DNA of 64,000 nucleotides from Patescibacteria group bacterium (GTDB lineage Bacteria > Patescibacteriota > Patescibacteriia > PEXW01). Positions 1-9,122 of this stretch are shown here, one piece after another. Position numbers and translations under genes: made by a program. The notes under the pieces were generated by a model, which was not told the origin of the DNA, made no database searches, and worked only from the letters and a program-made list of their open reading frames with translations. Where the stretch lies: contig JBAYJA010000001.1 of assembly GCA_041665345.1 (NCBI GenBank), positions 9,206-73,205 of the forward strand. Reading direction: 5' to 3'. The first letter of the stretch is position 1. Every line of letters begins with the position of its first letter.

Positions 1-20
1 TATACCAAGCCGGCTTAGCG

Positions 21-347
21 GTGATTCGAGAAGTGATCCCTGCTTTACCAGCGATGGAGCGGTATGACTTGAGTGATCAACTTCGACGTGCCGCAAAAGC
101 CGCGCCGCGATTAGTAGCAGAAGGTTACGCAAAAAAGCATCAAAAGTTTGGATTCCAAAAGTATCTCGATGACGCAATGGGTGAGTGCAACGAATGTATT
201 GTGTGCCTCGAACAGGCACGGGATTTATACAAAGTGAGTGATTTGACCTGCAAGGATTTAGTAATGATCTATGACAAAAGTGTACGTCAGTTGTACAGAC
301 TTTCTGTAGCATGGACCCAGTTCAAACTCCGCAGCCGCCAACCCTAA
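21..347 (+). CDS. Four-helix-bundle protein of the 23S-rRNA-intervening-sequence type (TIGR02436-like). The frame stays open to the window edge, so it may be truncated at the 5' end.
   Basis: Motifs RYDLSDQLRRAAKA and VAEGYAKK are typical of this family. The ORF starts with GTG at 21 and there is no upstream stop before position 1. Confidence 0.5.
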   Translation: MIREVIPALPAMERYDLSDQLRRAAKAAPRLVAEGYAKKHQKFGFQKYLDDAMGECNECIVCLEQARDLYKVSDLTCKDLVMIYDKSVRQLYRLSVAWTQFKLRSRQP

Positions 348-465
348 CCCTTTATCCATACCTCTATCTAAAACAAAACCCCCAACCTCACACTGATAAT
401 TACTTTATGAGAAAATTCATTATTTTTCACGACCCCTTTCACCGTTAGCCGAACTTGTATCACAT

Positions 466-2433
466 ATGAAATTCCTCCAATACCTGTGTCTCTGTACCAT
501 CATCTTCCAAGTCACATTTCTGGCTCACGCCTCCCCAGCCCCGCACCTCCTCATCAGCGAAATCCAAATCAGTGGCGCGTCTGGGTTCAGCACGGATGAG
601 TTTGTGGAACTGTACAACCCCACGGATGCGGTGATAACCATCACCGGTTGGCAACTGCTGAAGCGAACAGCAACCGGGACAGTTTTCCCACTCGTGGAGC
701 AATTTGAGGCAGCAACTGTACCAGCGCATGGGTATTTCCTCATTGCACATCCAACCGGGTACACCGGTAGCGTTGTACCGGATGCTCGTTATTCCACAGC
801 TAATTCACTTTCATCTGACAACAGCGTGGAGCTCGTGAACCCACTTGGGATTGTTGATCTGGTTGGGTGGGGGACAGCCACGCATATGGAGACTGCACCA
901 GCGCCAACACCGGGGATCGCAAAGAGCATTGAGCGAAAAGCCCTGAGTACCTCCACCAAGGAAACCATGCGGGTGGACGGTGCAGATTCCTTCCGCGGCA
1001 ATGGTGAGGATACTCAAAATAATAGCTTGGATTTTCTGGGCCGAGATGTGCCGCAACCACAAAGCACTACCAACGAGCTGGAATTTGTGACGGCCCCAGC
1101 GCCGGTTGTGCCGTCCGCTCCGCCACCCAGCTCCTCAAACCAGAATACCAATACTGCTCCACCACCAGCGGCACCAATCGTCGCTGCGCCAATCACCGTA
1201 CCCACGCACGAGGTGCTCATCTCCGAACTCCTGCCTGACCCCAAAGGTATAGATCTCCCCGGGGAGTGGATTGAAATCTACAACCGAAGCACCAGCGTTG
1301 TCCCACTGGCCGGTTGGATTTTGGCTGATGCTTCAAAAACCACCTACACGTTTCCCACAAAAGAGTTGAAGCCAGGAAGTTGGCTAGTGGTGCCGCGTAC
1401 CGACAGTGGTATTGCCTTGAATAACACTGGTGGTGAAACCGTGACACTCACGGCACCTGATGGTATGGTCACCTCCACCGTCAAATGGACGGGCGTGGCT
1501 CTTGAAGCGCAGGCGTACGCGTTGGTGGGCGAGGCTTGGATGTGGACCGGGAAAGCTACGCCGGGCGCGGCGAATGTTTTTGCTGATACGAATCAAGCGC
1601 CGCGGGTGGCAATTCGGGAAGTGGAGGCCGAAGTGTGGGTTGGGACAGAGGTAAAATTCACTGCCGACGTGAGTGATCCAGATGGGGATGATGTGGAGTC
1701 CAGCTGGCAATTTAGCGATGGCGGGAAAGCCACCGGCGCCAAAGTAACCCACGTGTTTCCAAAGTCCGGGATTTTCAGCGTGACGGTGACCGCAAAAGAC
1801 ACCAAGGGGAAGGTGGCAACGGCAAAGGTGCAGGTGAAAGTGCGGGACTACCAGCGGAGCGCGGACATACGGATTGTGCGGCTGTTGCCCAATCCCACAG
1901 ACGGGGAAGAGTGGGTGGAAATTGAGAACACTGGGACCAAAGCTGTTGATCTGACGGGCTGGGTGCTGCGTTCAAGCACGCGGCAGCTGAAGTTGCAGCT
2001 GCTGGTGGCCCCCAAGGCGGTGCTGAAGCTCACAGCCGATGACTTACCTTTTGCCTTGCGCAACGATGGCGGCACCCTGGAACTTGTGGATCCGGATGCA
2101 AAGGTGGTCAGCGTTGCTACATACCCCAAAGCCAAACCCGGGGAAGTGCTCACTCGGAATGCGGACGGCGCCTTTGCGTTGGAAGCTGCCGCTACATCCC
2201 CGCTGAATACGGGGATCAACGCAAACCAAGCCGCCACTCCGCGGGTAGCAGGGGAGAGTACGAATGGAAACGTCAATGGTAAACCGGTAAACCTTTCTGG
2301 CGCATCACCGAAAGGTGGCGTTCCGTCCTGGGTCTGGGCAGTCATTGCTGGGGTTGGTGGGGCAGCCTGGCTTGGGTATGAGCTTGTGCGGCTGTACCAG
2401 CGCCGGAAAAAGAGCAAAACCCAGGTTGGTTGA
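466..2433 (+). CDS. Surface protein with three lamin-tail domains and one PKD domain, an N-terminal signal peptide and a C-terminal transmembrane anchor.
   Basis: Repeated LTD signature (ISEI..SG....EFVELYN......TGW.L, three copies). PKD-like segment FTADVSDPDGDDVESSWQFSDGG...HVFPKSGIFSVTVTAKD. Hydrophobic N-terminus, and a C-terminal VWAVIAGVGGAAWLGY followed by RRKK. Confidence 0.65.
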   Translation: MKFLQYLCLCTIIFQVTFLAHASPAPHLLISEIQISGASGFSTDEFVELYNPTDAVITITGWQLLKRTATGTVFPLVEQFEAATVPAHGYFLIAHPTGYTGSVVPDARYSTANSLSSDNSVELVNPLGIVDLVGWGTATHMETAPAPTPGIAKSIERKALSTSTKETMRVDGADSFRGNGEDTQNNSLDFLGRDVPQPQSTTNELEFVTAPAPVVPSAPPPSSSNQNTNTAPPPAAPIVAAPITVPTHEVLISELLPDPKGIDLPGEWIEIYNRSTSVVPLAGWILADASKTTYTFPTKELKPGSWLVVPRTDSGIALNNTGGETVTLTAPDGMVTSTVKWTGVALEAQAYALVGEAWMWTGKATPGAANVFADTNQAPRVAIREVEAEVWVGTEVKFTADVSDPDGDDVESSWQFSDGGKATGAKVTHVFPKSGIFSVTVTAKDTKGKVATAKVQVKVRDYQRSADIRIVRLLPNPTDGEEWVEIENTGTKAVDLTGWVLRSSTRQLKLQLLVAPKAVLKLTADDLPFALRNDGGTLELVDPDAKVVSVATYPKAKPGEVLTRNADGAFALEAAATSPLNTGINANQAATPRVAGESTNGNVNGKPVNLSGASPKGGVPSWVWAVIAGVGGAAWLGYELVRLYQRRKKSKTQVG

Positions 2434-2476
2434 CCAAGTGATTCCTTCCTTCTATCATACTTTTACCCCTTATCTT

Positions 2477-2728
2477 ATGTCCCAAGAGAAGCAACCCATC
2501 ACCCTTGAAGATCTCGCCCGCATGATCAAGATGGAGTTTGACCATAATGGCGAAGAGTTTACTGGTATTCGTCAGCAATTTCATGATCTACATGGTGAAA
2601 TTCAGGAGCTGAAGGACGGTCAGCATGCAATACTGGTTCGATTGGATAATGTTGCCTATCGTTTTGAAGTTACTGAACTGGAGCGCCGGGTGGGTATTTT
2701 GGAAAAGCGAGCCGGCCTCCGGGCGTAG
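2477..2728 (+). CDS. Small hypothetical protein, probably coiled-coil. Start refined to the ATG at 2477, which avoids overlap with the upstream gene.
   Basis: ORF track frame 2315-2728. The internal M gives MSQEKQPITLEDL... and a helical heptad-like sequence. Confidence 0.35.
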   Translation: MSQEKQPITLEDLARMIKMEFDHNGEEFTGIRQQFHDLHGEIQELKDGQHAILVRLDNVAYRFEVTELERRVGILEKRAGLRA

Positions 2729-2767
2729 GTATTTCGGAATCCTTGCGGCATACGGTATAGTTACTGC

Positions 2768-3184
2768 ATGAGCCTTGCTGGATATACCGCGAAGCAAACG
2801 AAGACCAGTCCAATCATTCTGGTGGTGGAGGATGAGCTTTCAGTTGCCACCAGTTTGTCCGAAGCCCTGGAAGACCGCGGCTACCAGGTGGTGAATGCGA
2901 AGGATGGAATTTCCGCGGTTACCACAGCGCGCCAAGTGAAACCCGCGGCGGTGATTTTGGATTTAGGTTTACCCAAGCAGAGCGGGTTGGATGTGCTGGA
3001 CCGCTTCCGCAATGACAAAGCACTCTTTGCGATTCCCGTGATTGTGCTCTCAGAAGTGGAAAGCAGTGTAGTGCTCCAGCGCTGTACAGAATTGGGTATG
3101 TCCTGCTACTTAGCCAAGTCGCACTCCTCCTTACCCAAGGTCTTGGAGAAGCTGGCGAAGATTGTGCCCCCGCCAAAAAAGTAA
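2768..3184 (+). CDS. Standalone response-regulator receiver (CheY-like) domain protein.
   Basis: ILVVEDE...ILDLGLPKQSG...PVIVLS carries the canonical receiver acidic pocket and Asp phospho-acceptor context. No output domain is present. Confidence 0.65.
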   Translation: MSLAGYTAKQTKTSPIILVVEDELSVATSLSEALEDRGYQVVNAKDGISAVTTARQVKPAAVILDLGLPKQSGLDVLDRFRNDKALFAIPVIVLSEVESSVVLQRCTELGMSCYLAKSHSSLPKVLEKLAKIVPPPKK

Positions 3185-3189
3185 TCACC

Positions 3190-3950
3190 ATGCGCCGGTT
3201 TGGCATACTCTGCATCCTCCTCGTTATTGTGGGGTCATTTGGGTTTTCTTTCCTCCGGTACCAGGCGAACCAGGCTGATGCAGATAACTGGTTCAACCTG
3301 CATTGGCGGTCATCATTTGCACAGCACATATGGCTCCAAACGGCTTTTGGTTTGCATCGAGATGGTGACAACCGTGCGGCCTACCTTTCGAACAATCGTC
3401 CAACACTGCACGTCGTTGTGCACGCGTTGCGGGTAAAGCGCTTACCACCCAGACTCAAAATGAACTCGCTTCCGCACTGACGGTAGCAACGCAGAAGTCT
3501 AATGGTGTAACCTTTTCCATTGGGGATGTTGTACCAGCCCAACCCGAAGGTTATTCCCGTGCGCAGATTCGGGCTTTGGCGAGTGTGGAAGGCAACCACG
3601 GAGCCGTGCAGGACGCACCTACCGTGCACGTTTTTCTGCTTAATACTTTTTTTGATTCGCCAACGAACATTGGCATGACTGTACGCGAAGACGGCACTGT
3701 CCTTTTCTTGGACGCTATAGCAGACCTGGCGCGCAATGATCCCTCAACGACAAACGCCTACATCCTCTCCACCCTCCTCCACGAGTTTGGCCACCAGCTA
3801 GGGCTGGAGAATATTACTTCTGCGGACTGCATCATGGCCGCTTCGGTGGAAGAACCCACACCCCTGGAGGGACGTCGCATTGCCACACCCACCGAATATT
3901 GCCAACAGGAATTACAGCTGATAGAGGCAACACGACAGATTGTGAAATAA
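3190..3950 (+). pseudogene. Membrane-anchored zinc metalloprotease (HExxH) interrupted by a +/-1 frameshift. The N-terminal TM segment (3190-3480) and the protease domain (frame open 3369-3950) are in different frames.
   Basis: Frame 1 ORF 3190-3480 has an N-terminal TM helix. Frame 0 is open from 3369 to 3950 with no ATG and contains HEFGHQLGL (an HExxH zincin motif). The two frames overlap at 3369-3480, which is consistent with a frameshift near 3400-3450. Confidence 0.4.
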
Positions 3951-3952
3951 CA

Positions 3953-3979
3953 AAAGCCCCATATGAGAATAGGGGCTTT
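3953..3979. terminator. Bidirectional intrinsic terminator hairpin between convergent genes.
   Basis: AAAGCCCC-loop-GGGGCTTT with T/A runs on both sides. It lies between the stop at 3950 on the plus strand and the stop at 4011 on the minus strand. Confidence 0.5.
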
Positions 3980-4010
3980 AGAATGAAAGGACGAGTGAGC
4001 TTGAGTGTCG

Positions 4011-4478
4011 CTATCGAGCGATAACGTTATCAACTGAGAAACGAGTCGCGCCCACAATATGGGCAAATTTTTTTACGGCTGCTTGCAATCCCTCCGTAAG
4101 TGTTTTGTTGTAGACACGGCATTCAAGTTTTTGCCCCTCTTGAATGCCACGGGAACCCCCGTACACAATAAACTGCAGCCGCGCATGAACCTTTGGAAAA
4201 ATTCCAAAGTGTTTTTCATGCACTGCTACACCCCAGAAAGACCGCAATCCTTCATCATCGACATAAAAATTCGCGGAAGAGCTAAATGGACTAACAAAGC
4301 GGATGATCGCTTTTTTGCCATTTGTGCAAGCAATATGCACGCGTTGCTCTTCGAGGAATCGGTAAAATGCCAAATTTTTCTTTTTGAGTTGTGCAAGATC
4401 AACTCTCGGCTCAATAAACGAGCTGTAGATGAAAAAGATGGAATAAACGAAAGCCGCGAAGAAGAAGATAAAATCCAT
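4011..4478 (-). CDS. Hypothetical protein with an N-terminal transmembrane helix.
   Basis: ORF track 155 aa. Hydrophobic N-terminus FIFFFAAFVYSIFFIY. No recognisable catalytic motif. Confidence 0.4.
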   Translation of the reverse strand: MDFIFFFAAFVYSIFFIYSSFIEPRVDLAQLKKKNLAFYRFLEEQRVHIACTNGKKAIIRFVSPFSSSANFYVDDEGLRSFWGVAVHEKHFGIFPKVHARLQFIVYGGSRGIQEGQKLECRVYNKTLTEGLQAAVKKFAHIVGATRFSVDNVIAR

Positions 4479-4606
4479 ATTTCCTCCTGATGCAATATTT
4501 TAACCACGTATTCTGTTGTAAAAGATGTTCCCCACCTTACTACGTGGGTTCTTGGGTGTCAACCGCAGCGTCGTGCATAGCTTTCTTGTATCTGTAGACA
4601 AAAAAA

Positions 4607-4628
4607 GCTCACTGCACGTGCAGTGAGC
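4607..4628 (-). terminator. Rho-independent terminator for the small zinc-ribbon ORF.
   Basis: Perfect 22-nt palindrome GCTCACTGCACGTGCAGTGAGC preceded on the plus strand by AAAAAAA (4600-4606). On the minus strand this reads as a hairpin followed by a U-tract. Confidence 0.6.
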
Positions 4629-4641
4629 TTGCTCACAGTTA

Positions 4642-4734
4642 CTATTCTGCAACTGCAATCACTGTGCCTCCGCAGCGAGAACATGCCCCATCGATCATGG
4701 GGTGACCACAGTAGTAGCAAAAACTATCTTCCAC
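4642..4734 (-). CDS. Unannotated 30-aa zinc-ribbon mini-protein (CxxC-x8-CxxC).
   Basis: The minus strand reads AAGGAGG-aatt-GTG GAA GAT AGT TTT TGC TAC TAC TGT GGT CAC CCC ATG ATC GAT GGG GCA TGT TCT CGC TGC GGA GGC ACA GTG ATT GCA GTT GCA GAA TAG. Four Cys residues sit in a zinc-ribbon arrangement. A strong RBS precedes it and a terminator follows. It is too short for the ORF track. Confidence 0.4.
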   Translation of the reverse strand: MEDSFCYYCGHPMIDGACSRCGGTVIAVAE

Positions 4735-4840
4735 AATTCCTCCTTGGAAAAGGGTACTATTTTGAATGCCCCCACTTTACCGTAGGCGTTTCATGATGTC
4801 AAACGTTGTCAGTGCAACCTTTCCCAGCTAACCTGTAGGC

Positions 4841-7618
4841 ATGCCCACCCCCACTGTCCTCCTCGTTGACGGCAACGCTATTATCCACCGGAGTTTCCAT
4901 GCCCTACCGCCGCTGACGGCGAAGGATGGCACCATGGTGAACGCCGTGTACGGTTTTGCCACGGCGCTGCTGAAAGCCTTGAAAGACATCAAGCCCACGC
5001 ACGTGGCGGTGGCTTTTGATATGAAGGGGCCCACCTTCCGTGACGCTATGTACGATCAGTACAAAGCTACGCGCGTCCAAGCCGCCCAAGAGCTGTACGA
5101 TCAAATTCCTTTAGCCCATGAGCTCGTGGCGGGTTTTGGTTTTCCCGTTGTGGAAGTCCGAGGCGTGGAAGCGGATGACGTGATTGGCACCCTGAGCCAG
5201 CGCTTGGCAAAGGAGAAGGCAAAGGTTGTTATTCTTACCGGTGATATGGATACGATGCAACTGGTCTCGTCGCACGTCTCGGTCTACAGTCTGCGGAAAG
5301 GTTTGAATGACACCGTGCTGTACACCCCCAAGCAGGTGGTGGAGCGGTACGGTTTTGGACCTGAGCACATCATTGATTACAAAGCGCTACGCGGCGATCC
5401 GTCCGACAACATTCCTGGGGTGAAGGGCGTGGGCGAGAAAACCGCCACGGACCTCATTCTCCGGTTCAAGAATATTGAAGCCATGTACCGGACGTTGGAG
5501 CACACACCACAGCAAGCCGCGGATATGTCGGAGAAGCTCAAGCTGAAGTTGATGCAAGAGAAGGACAATGCGTACCTGAGCAAAAAGTTAGCCACAATTA
5601 AACTAGATGTGTCCATTCCTTTTGATTTGGATAAGGCAAAGATTCACTCAGCTGATGCCACAAAGCTGCACGAACTTTTCGTGCAATGGGGTTTCAAGAG
5701 TTTGGTGGCGAAGATTCCGCAGTTGAGTGGAGAAGGGGAAGCCGTAAGCCTTAAAGCTGTAAGCCGTAGAGACCAAGAGGACGGCGAGGGAAGTCGCCCC
5801 ACACTATTTGGTGAAAAGAGTGATAAACATTCGTACACGCTGGTGGATGATGAGAAAAGTTTCAAGGTATTTTTGGCTGAGTTGGAGCAGCAAAAGAGCT
5901 TTGTCTTTGACACGGAGACCACAAGCTTAAATCCGTACGAAGCAAAACTCCTCGGCATCAGTTTTTCCTGGAAAGCCGGCGCCGCGTCCTATGTTAACGT
6001 GCATAAGCATGCGTCTTGGCTGAAAAAACTCAAACCATTTTTTGCTGATTCGAAAGTAGCGAAGTGGGGTCACAACCTGAAGTACGATTCCCAAATTTTG
6101 GAACTGGCGGGGCAGGTGGTCACGCCCTTGTCCTTTGATTCGATGCTAGCTAGCTACTTGCTCAATTCCAGTTCCCGGAGCCATAACCTGGATACCTTGG
6201 CCTTTGCAGAGTTTGGGCACCAGATGATTCCCATTGAGGAGCTGATTGGGAAGAAGGGGAAGGACCAGGTGACCATGGAGCACGTGGACGTGGAAAAAAT
6301 CGCGGAGTACTCCGGGGAAGATGCAGACTACACGTACCGGCTGGTCAAGAAGTTCCAACCTCAGCTAAAAGTCGCAAAACTGGAAAAGTTGTTTACCGAT
6401 ATTGAAATGCCGCTCATCCCCGTGCTCAGCCGGATGGAATTGGCTGGGGTGAAGTTGGATACCAAAGTCCTGGCCAAGCTTGGGGCAGAGCTGCACACGT
6501 CTATCCGCCGTTTGGAAAAGCAAATACACGGCTACGCAAAGTCAGACTTCAACATTAGTTCCCCGCTGCAGTTGAAGGTTGTCCTGTTTGAAACGCTGAA
6601 ACTGCCCACGGAAGGCATTAAGAAAACCAAGACCGGCATTTCCACGGCTGTGGATGAATTGGAGAAACTTCAGGGCAAACATCCTATCATTGACGCCATT
6701 ATGGAGTACCGGGAAGTGACCAAGTTGCTGAATACGTACGTCGAAGCGCTGCCTGAGCTGGTCCAGAAGCAAACCGGGCGGGTGCATACGGATTTCAACC
6801 AGACCGTGGCAGCCACGGGCCGGCTCTCCAGCAATAATCCAAACTTGCAGAACATTCCCATTCGTACCGAACTGGGCCGAGAAATCCGCAAGGCCTTCAT
6901 TGCGGAAAAAGGTTTTCAGCTAGTCTCCGTGGACTACTCGCAGATTGAGCTCCGGGTTGTGGCTAGCTTAGCAAAAGAAGAGAAGATGATTGACGCATTC
7001 AAGCATGGGGCAGACATTCACCAAGCCACTGCCGCGGATATCTTTAATATACCGGTGGAGCAAGTGACCAAAGACCAGCGCAGCGCTGCCAAGGAAGTGA
7101 ACTTCGGCGTGCTGTACGGCATGGGCGCCTGGGGCTTGGCGAGCCGCAAGAAGATTAGCCGCGAGCAGGCGCAGGACTTCATTGAGCGATACTTTGCCAG
7201 CCGGCCCAAAGTAGCTAAGTACTTGGAAGAGGTTAAGGAGCAGGCGCGGAAAGTGGGCTACGTGGAAACCTTGTTTGGCCGGCGACGGAATTTGCCTGAA
7301 CTAAACTCTTCCAACGGCCAGATTCGCAGCCAGGCAGAGCGCATTGCTGTGAACTTGCCGGTGCAGGGGACGGCGGCGGATATTCTGAAGTTGGCCATGA
7401 TTGCCTGCGATGCGGGTTTACCCAAAGTCAGTCCCAAGGCTCGCATGATTCTCACCGTGCATGACGAACTGGTGTTCGAAGTGCCGGACAAGGATGTGCA
7501 AAAAGTGTCCGCCTTCGTGAAGAAAACTATGGAAGGAGTGTACGATCTGGCCGCCCCACTCGTGGCTGACGTGAAGGTTGGGGATAATTGGGGGGAGATG
7601 GAGGAGGCTAAGTCGTAG
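4841..7618 (+). CDS. polA: DNA polymerase I (5'-3' exonuclease, 3'-5' exonuclease-like and polymerase domains).
   Basis: N-terminal FEN-like LLVDGNAIIHRSFHALP, a central exonuclease region, and C-terminal PolA motifs RRSAKEVNFGVLYG (motif B) and VHDELVFE (motif C). Confidence 0.95.
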   Translation: MPTPTVLLVDGNAIIHRSFHALPPLTAKDGTMVNAVYGFATALLKALKDIKPTHVAVAFDMKGPTFRDAMYDQYKATRVQAAQELYDQIPLAHELVAGFGFPVVEVRGVEADDVIGTLSQRLAKEKAKVVILTGDMDTMQLVSSHVSVYSLRKGLNDTVLYTPKQVVERYGFGPEHIIDYKALRGDPSDNIPGVKGVGEKTATDLILRFKNIEAMYRTLEHTPQQAADMSEKLKLKLMQEKDNAYLSKKLATIKLDVSIPFDLDKAKIHSADATKLHELFVQWGFKSLVAKIPQLSGEGEAVSLKAVSRRDQEDGEGSRPTLFGEKSDKHSYTLVDDEKSFKVFLAELEQQKSFVFDTETTSLNPYEAKLLGISFSWKAGAASYVNVHKHASWLKKLKPFFADSKVAKWGHNLKYDSQILELAGQVVTPLSFDSMLASYLLNSSSRSHNLDTLAFAEFGHQMIPIEELIGKKGKDQVTMEHVDVEKIAEYSGEDADYTYRLVKKFQPQLKVAKLEKLFTDIEMPLIPVLSRMELAGVKLDTKVLAKLGAELHTSIRRLEKQIHGYAKSDFNISSPLQLKVVLFETLKLPTEGIKKTKTGISTAVDELEKLQGKHPIIDAIMEYREVTKLLNTYVEALPELVQKQTGRVHTDFNQTVAATGRLSSNNPNLQNIPIRTELGREIRKAFIAEKGFQLVSVDYSQIELRVVASLAKEEKMIDAFKHGADIHQATAADIFNIPVEQVTKDQRSAAKEVNFGVLYGMGAWGLASRKKISREQAQDFIERYFASRPKVAKYLEEVKEQARKVGYVETLFGRRRNLPELNSSNGQIRSQAERIAVNLPVQGTAADILKLAMIACDAGLPKVSPKARMILTVHDELVFEVPDKDVQKVSAFVKKTMEGVYDLAAPLVADVKVGDNWGEMEEAKS

Positions 7619-7721
7619 GTAGCTCACCAATGTGGCAGAGCACAGCAAGCTGTGCACCTACATTGAATGCAATAAAGGCGAACTGGGTAGCTTCCTCTGG
7701 TTGACTAAATTCTTTGAAGTA

Positions 7722-8354
7722 CTACACTTTCCCTTTACTCGTATTCGCTGACCGGATTTCTTTGTTCGTCACTTTACCATTAACATCCAGGGCGTAGCAG
7801 TGCACTTCGCCGGTACCAATTTCCAGGTCGCAGACCTCATCTTCGGTCATACCTTCAACGTGCTTGGCAAGTGCGCGCAGGGAATTCCCGTGCGCGACGA
7901 TGAGTACGTTGTGCCCAGCCGCGAGTTCCGGGGCAATGTACTCGTCAAAGTACTTTGCCACCCGATCGTACACATCCTTGAGGGTTTCACCCTCAGGAAT
8001 TTTCACGTCCCAGCCGCGCCGAATGTTTTTGAATTGCTCGTCTCCGACTTCCTCCTTGACCTGCCATTTATTCTTACCGGTGTAGATGCCGTAGTGCCGT
8101 TCTTTCAAGGCATGGTGGGAGGTGTGCGGCACATGTTCGATACCCAAAGTTTTCTTCACCTCATGCAGGGTTTGGTGCGCACGGCGTAGATCTGACACGT
8201 GAATCCGGTGAATGACAATATCACGCATGGCTTCCGCAGCGGCACGCGCTTCATCACGTCCCTCTGCAATTAAATCAATATCCGTGTGCCCGGTCCACAA
8301 ACCTTTGGCATTCCATTCAGATTTTCCATGACGGAGGAGAATGAGGTGTGGCAT
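7722..8354 (-). CDS. gpmA: 2,3-bisphosphoglycerate-dependent phosphoglycerate mutase (histidine phosphatase superfamily).
   Basis: N-terminal LILLRHGKSEWN (RHG catalytic motif), and 210 aa, which is typical of dPGM. Confidence 0.8.
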   Translation of the reverse strand: MPHLILLRHGKSEWNAKGLWTGHTDIDLIAEGRDEARAAAEAMRDIVIHRIHVSDLRRAHQTLHEVKKTLGIEHVPHTSHHALKERHYGIYTGKNKWQVKEEVGDEQFKNIRRGWDVKIPEGETLKDVYDRVAKYFDEYIAPELAAGHNVLIVAHGNSLRALAKHVEGMTEDEVCDLEIGTGEVHCYALDVNGKVTNKEIRSANTSKGKV

Positions 8355-8454
8355 AGGAAGTAATCTTTTCGTTGGCAGTACAGTATTGCATAGGAGGGCA
8401 AAAATGCAATCGTCGCAATGTACGTATTATTGGTTAGATCAAAAAAAAGATAGG

Positions 8455-8483
8455 TTGACATCTCATCCATCTGGTGCTAGAGT
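8455..8483 (+). promoter_or_regulatory. Sigma70-like promoter upstream of the 8507 gene.
   Basis: TTGACA, a 17-nt spacer, then TAGAGT. Confidence 0.3.
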
Positions 8484-8506
8484 GATTTGAAATTACACAA
8501 AAAGTT

Positions 8507-9019
8507 TTGGAGGACAGAAAAATGCGAAGATGGATTGCCGTCGTGGTTCTTCTGATCGTCGCGGGGATCACCGTAGGTATCTCCTTTTACAAACCAAACC
8601 CGTTTACGCAGGCGTATGGGACACTCACATTCCCACCTGGAGTGGAAGTTCCCGACACGGAGAAGGCATTTTTTTTGGTTATTGATACGCTACCTAGTCG
8701 ATATTGTGCGGAGCAACAGAGCGTCTTCATTTTACCCTTGGGAGCTTTCATAACCGATATCATTTCTATGTCCCCCAGGTCTGACCCGCCGGCTATTTCT
8801 TGGGCGCAACGAGTAGAAGTGTCTCGGTACCCTGAGGTTCTTCTACCCAGAAATATCGTTTCCCTCATACAGGTGCCTATTATTTCTCGGGTCCAAGAAG
8901 AAGCACTTTTTCAAGGAACGGTGACTTGGTTTATCCAAGCAACCCCGTCGTACAAGGCAGTCCTGATGGCTCTCCATCGCTCGAAGGATTACGAACAAGC
9001 CCTTTCCGCCGACCTGTAA
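8507..9019 (+). CDS. Hypothetical membrane-anchored protein. An alternative start lies at 8522.
   Basis: N-terminal TM helix RRWIAVVVLLIVAGITVGI. No known motif. Confidence 0.4.
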   Translation: MEDRKMRRWIAVVVLLIVAGITVGISFYKPNPFTQAYGTLTFPPGVEVPDTEKAFFLVIDTLPSRYCAEQQSVFILPLGAFITDIISMSPRSDPPAISWAQRVEVSRYPEVLLPRNIVSLIQVPIISRVQEEALFQGTVTWFIQATPSYKAVLMALHRSKDYEQALSADL

Positions 9020-9122
9020 AAAGGTCGGCTTTTGGTAATAAAAAAGGCGAACTGGGTAAGCACTTTTTTGTAATCAATTGACTTGCAAGGCATAGAGCAG
9101 GCTGGTAGGATGCAGCTGCTCT

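Noticed and set aside
2315-2476. The N-terminal extension of ORF 2315-2728, which overlaps the end of the lamin-tail protein gene.
   Set aside because: The extension overlaps the upstream gene in another frame. The internal ATG at 2477 gives a non-overlapping gene.
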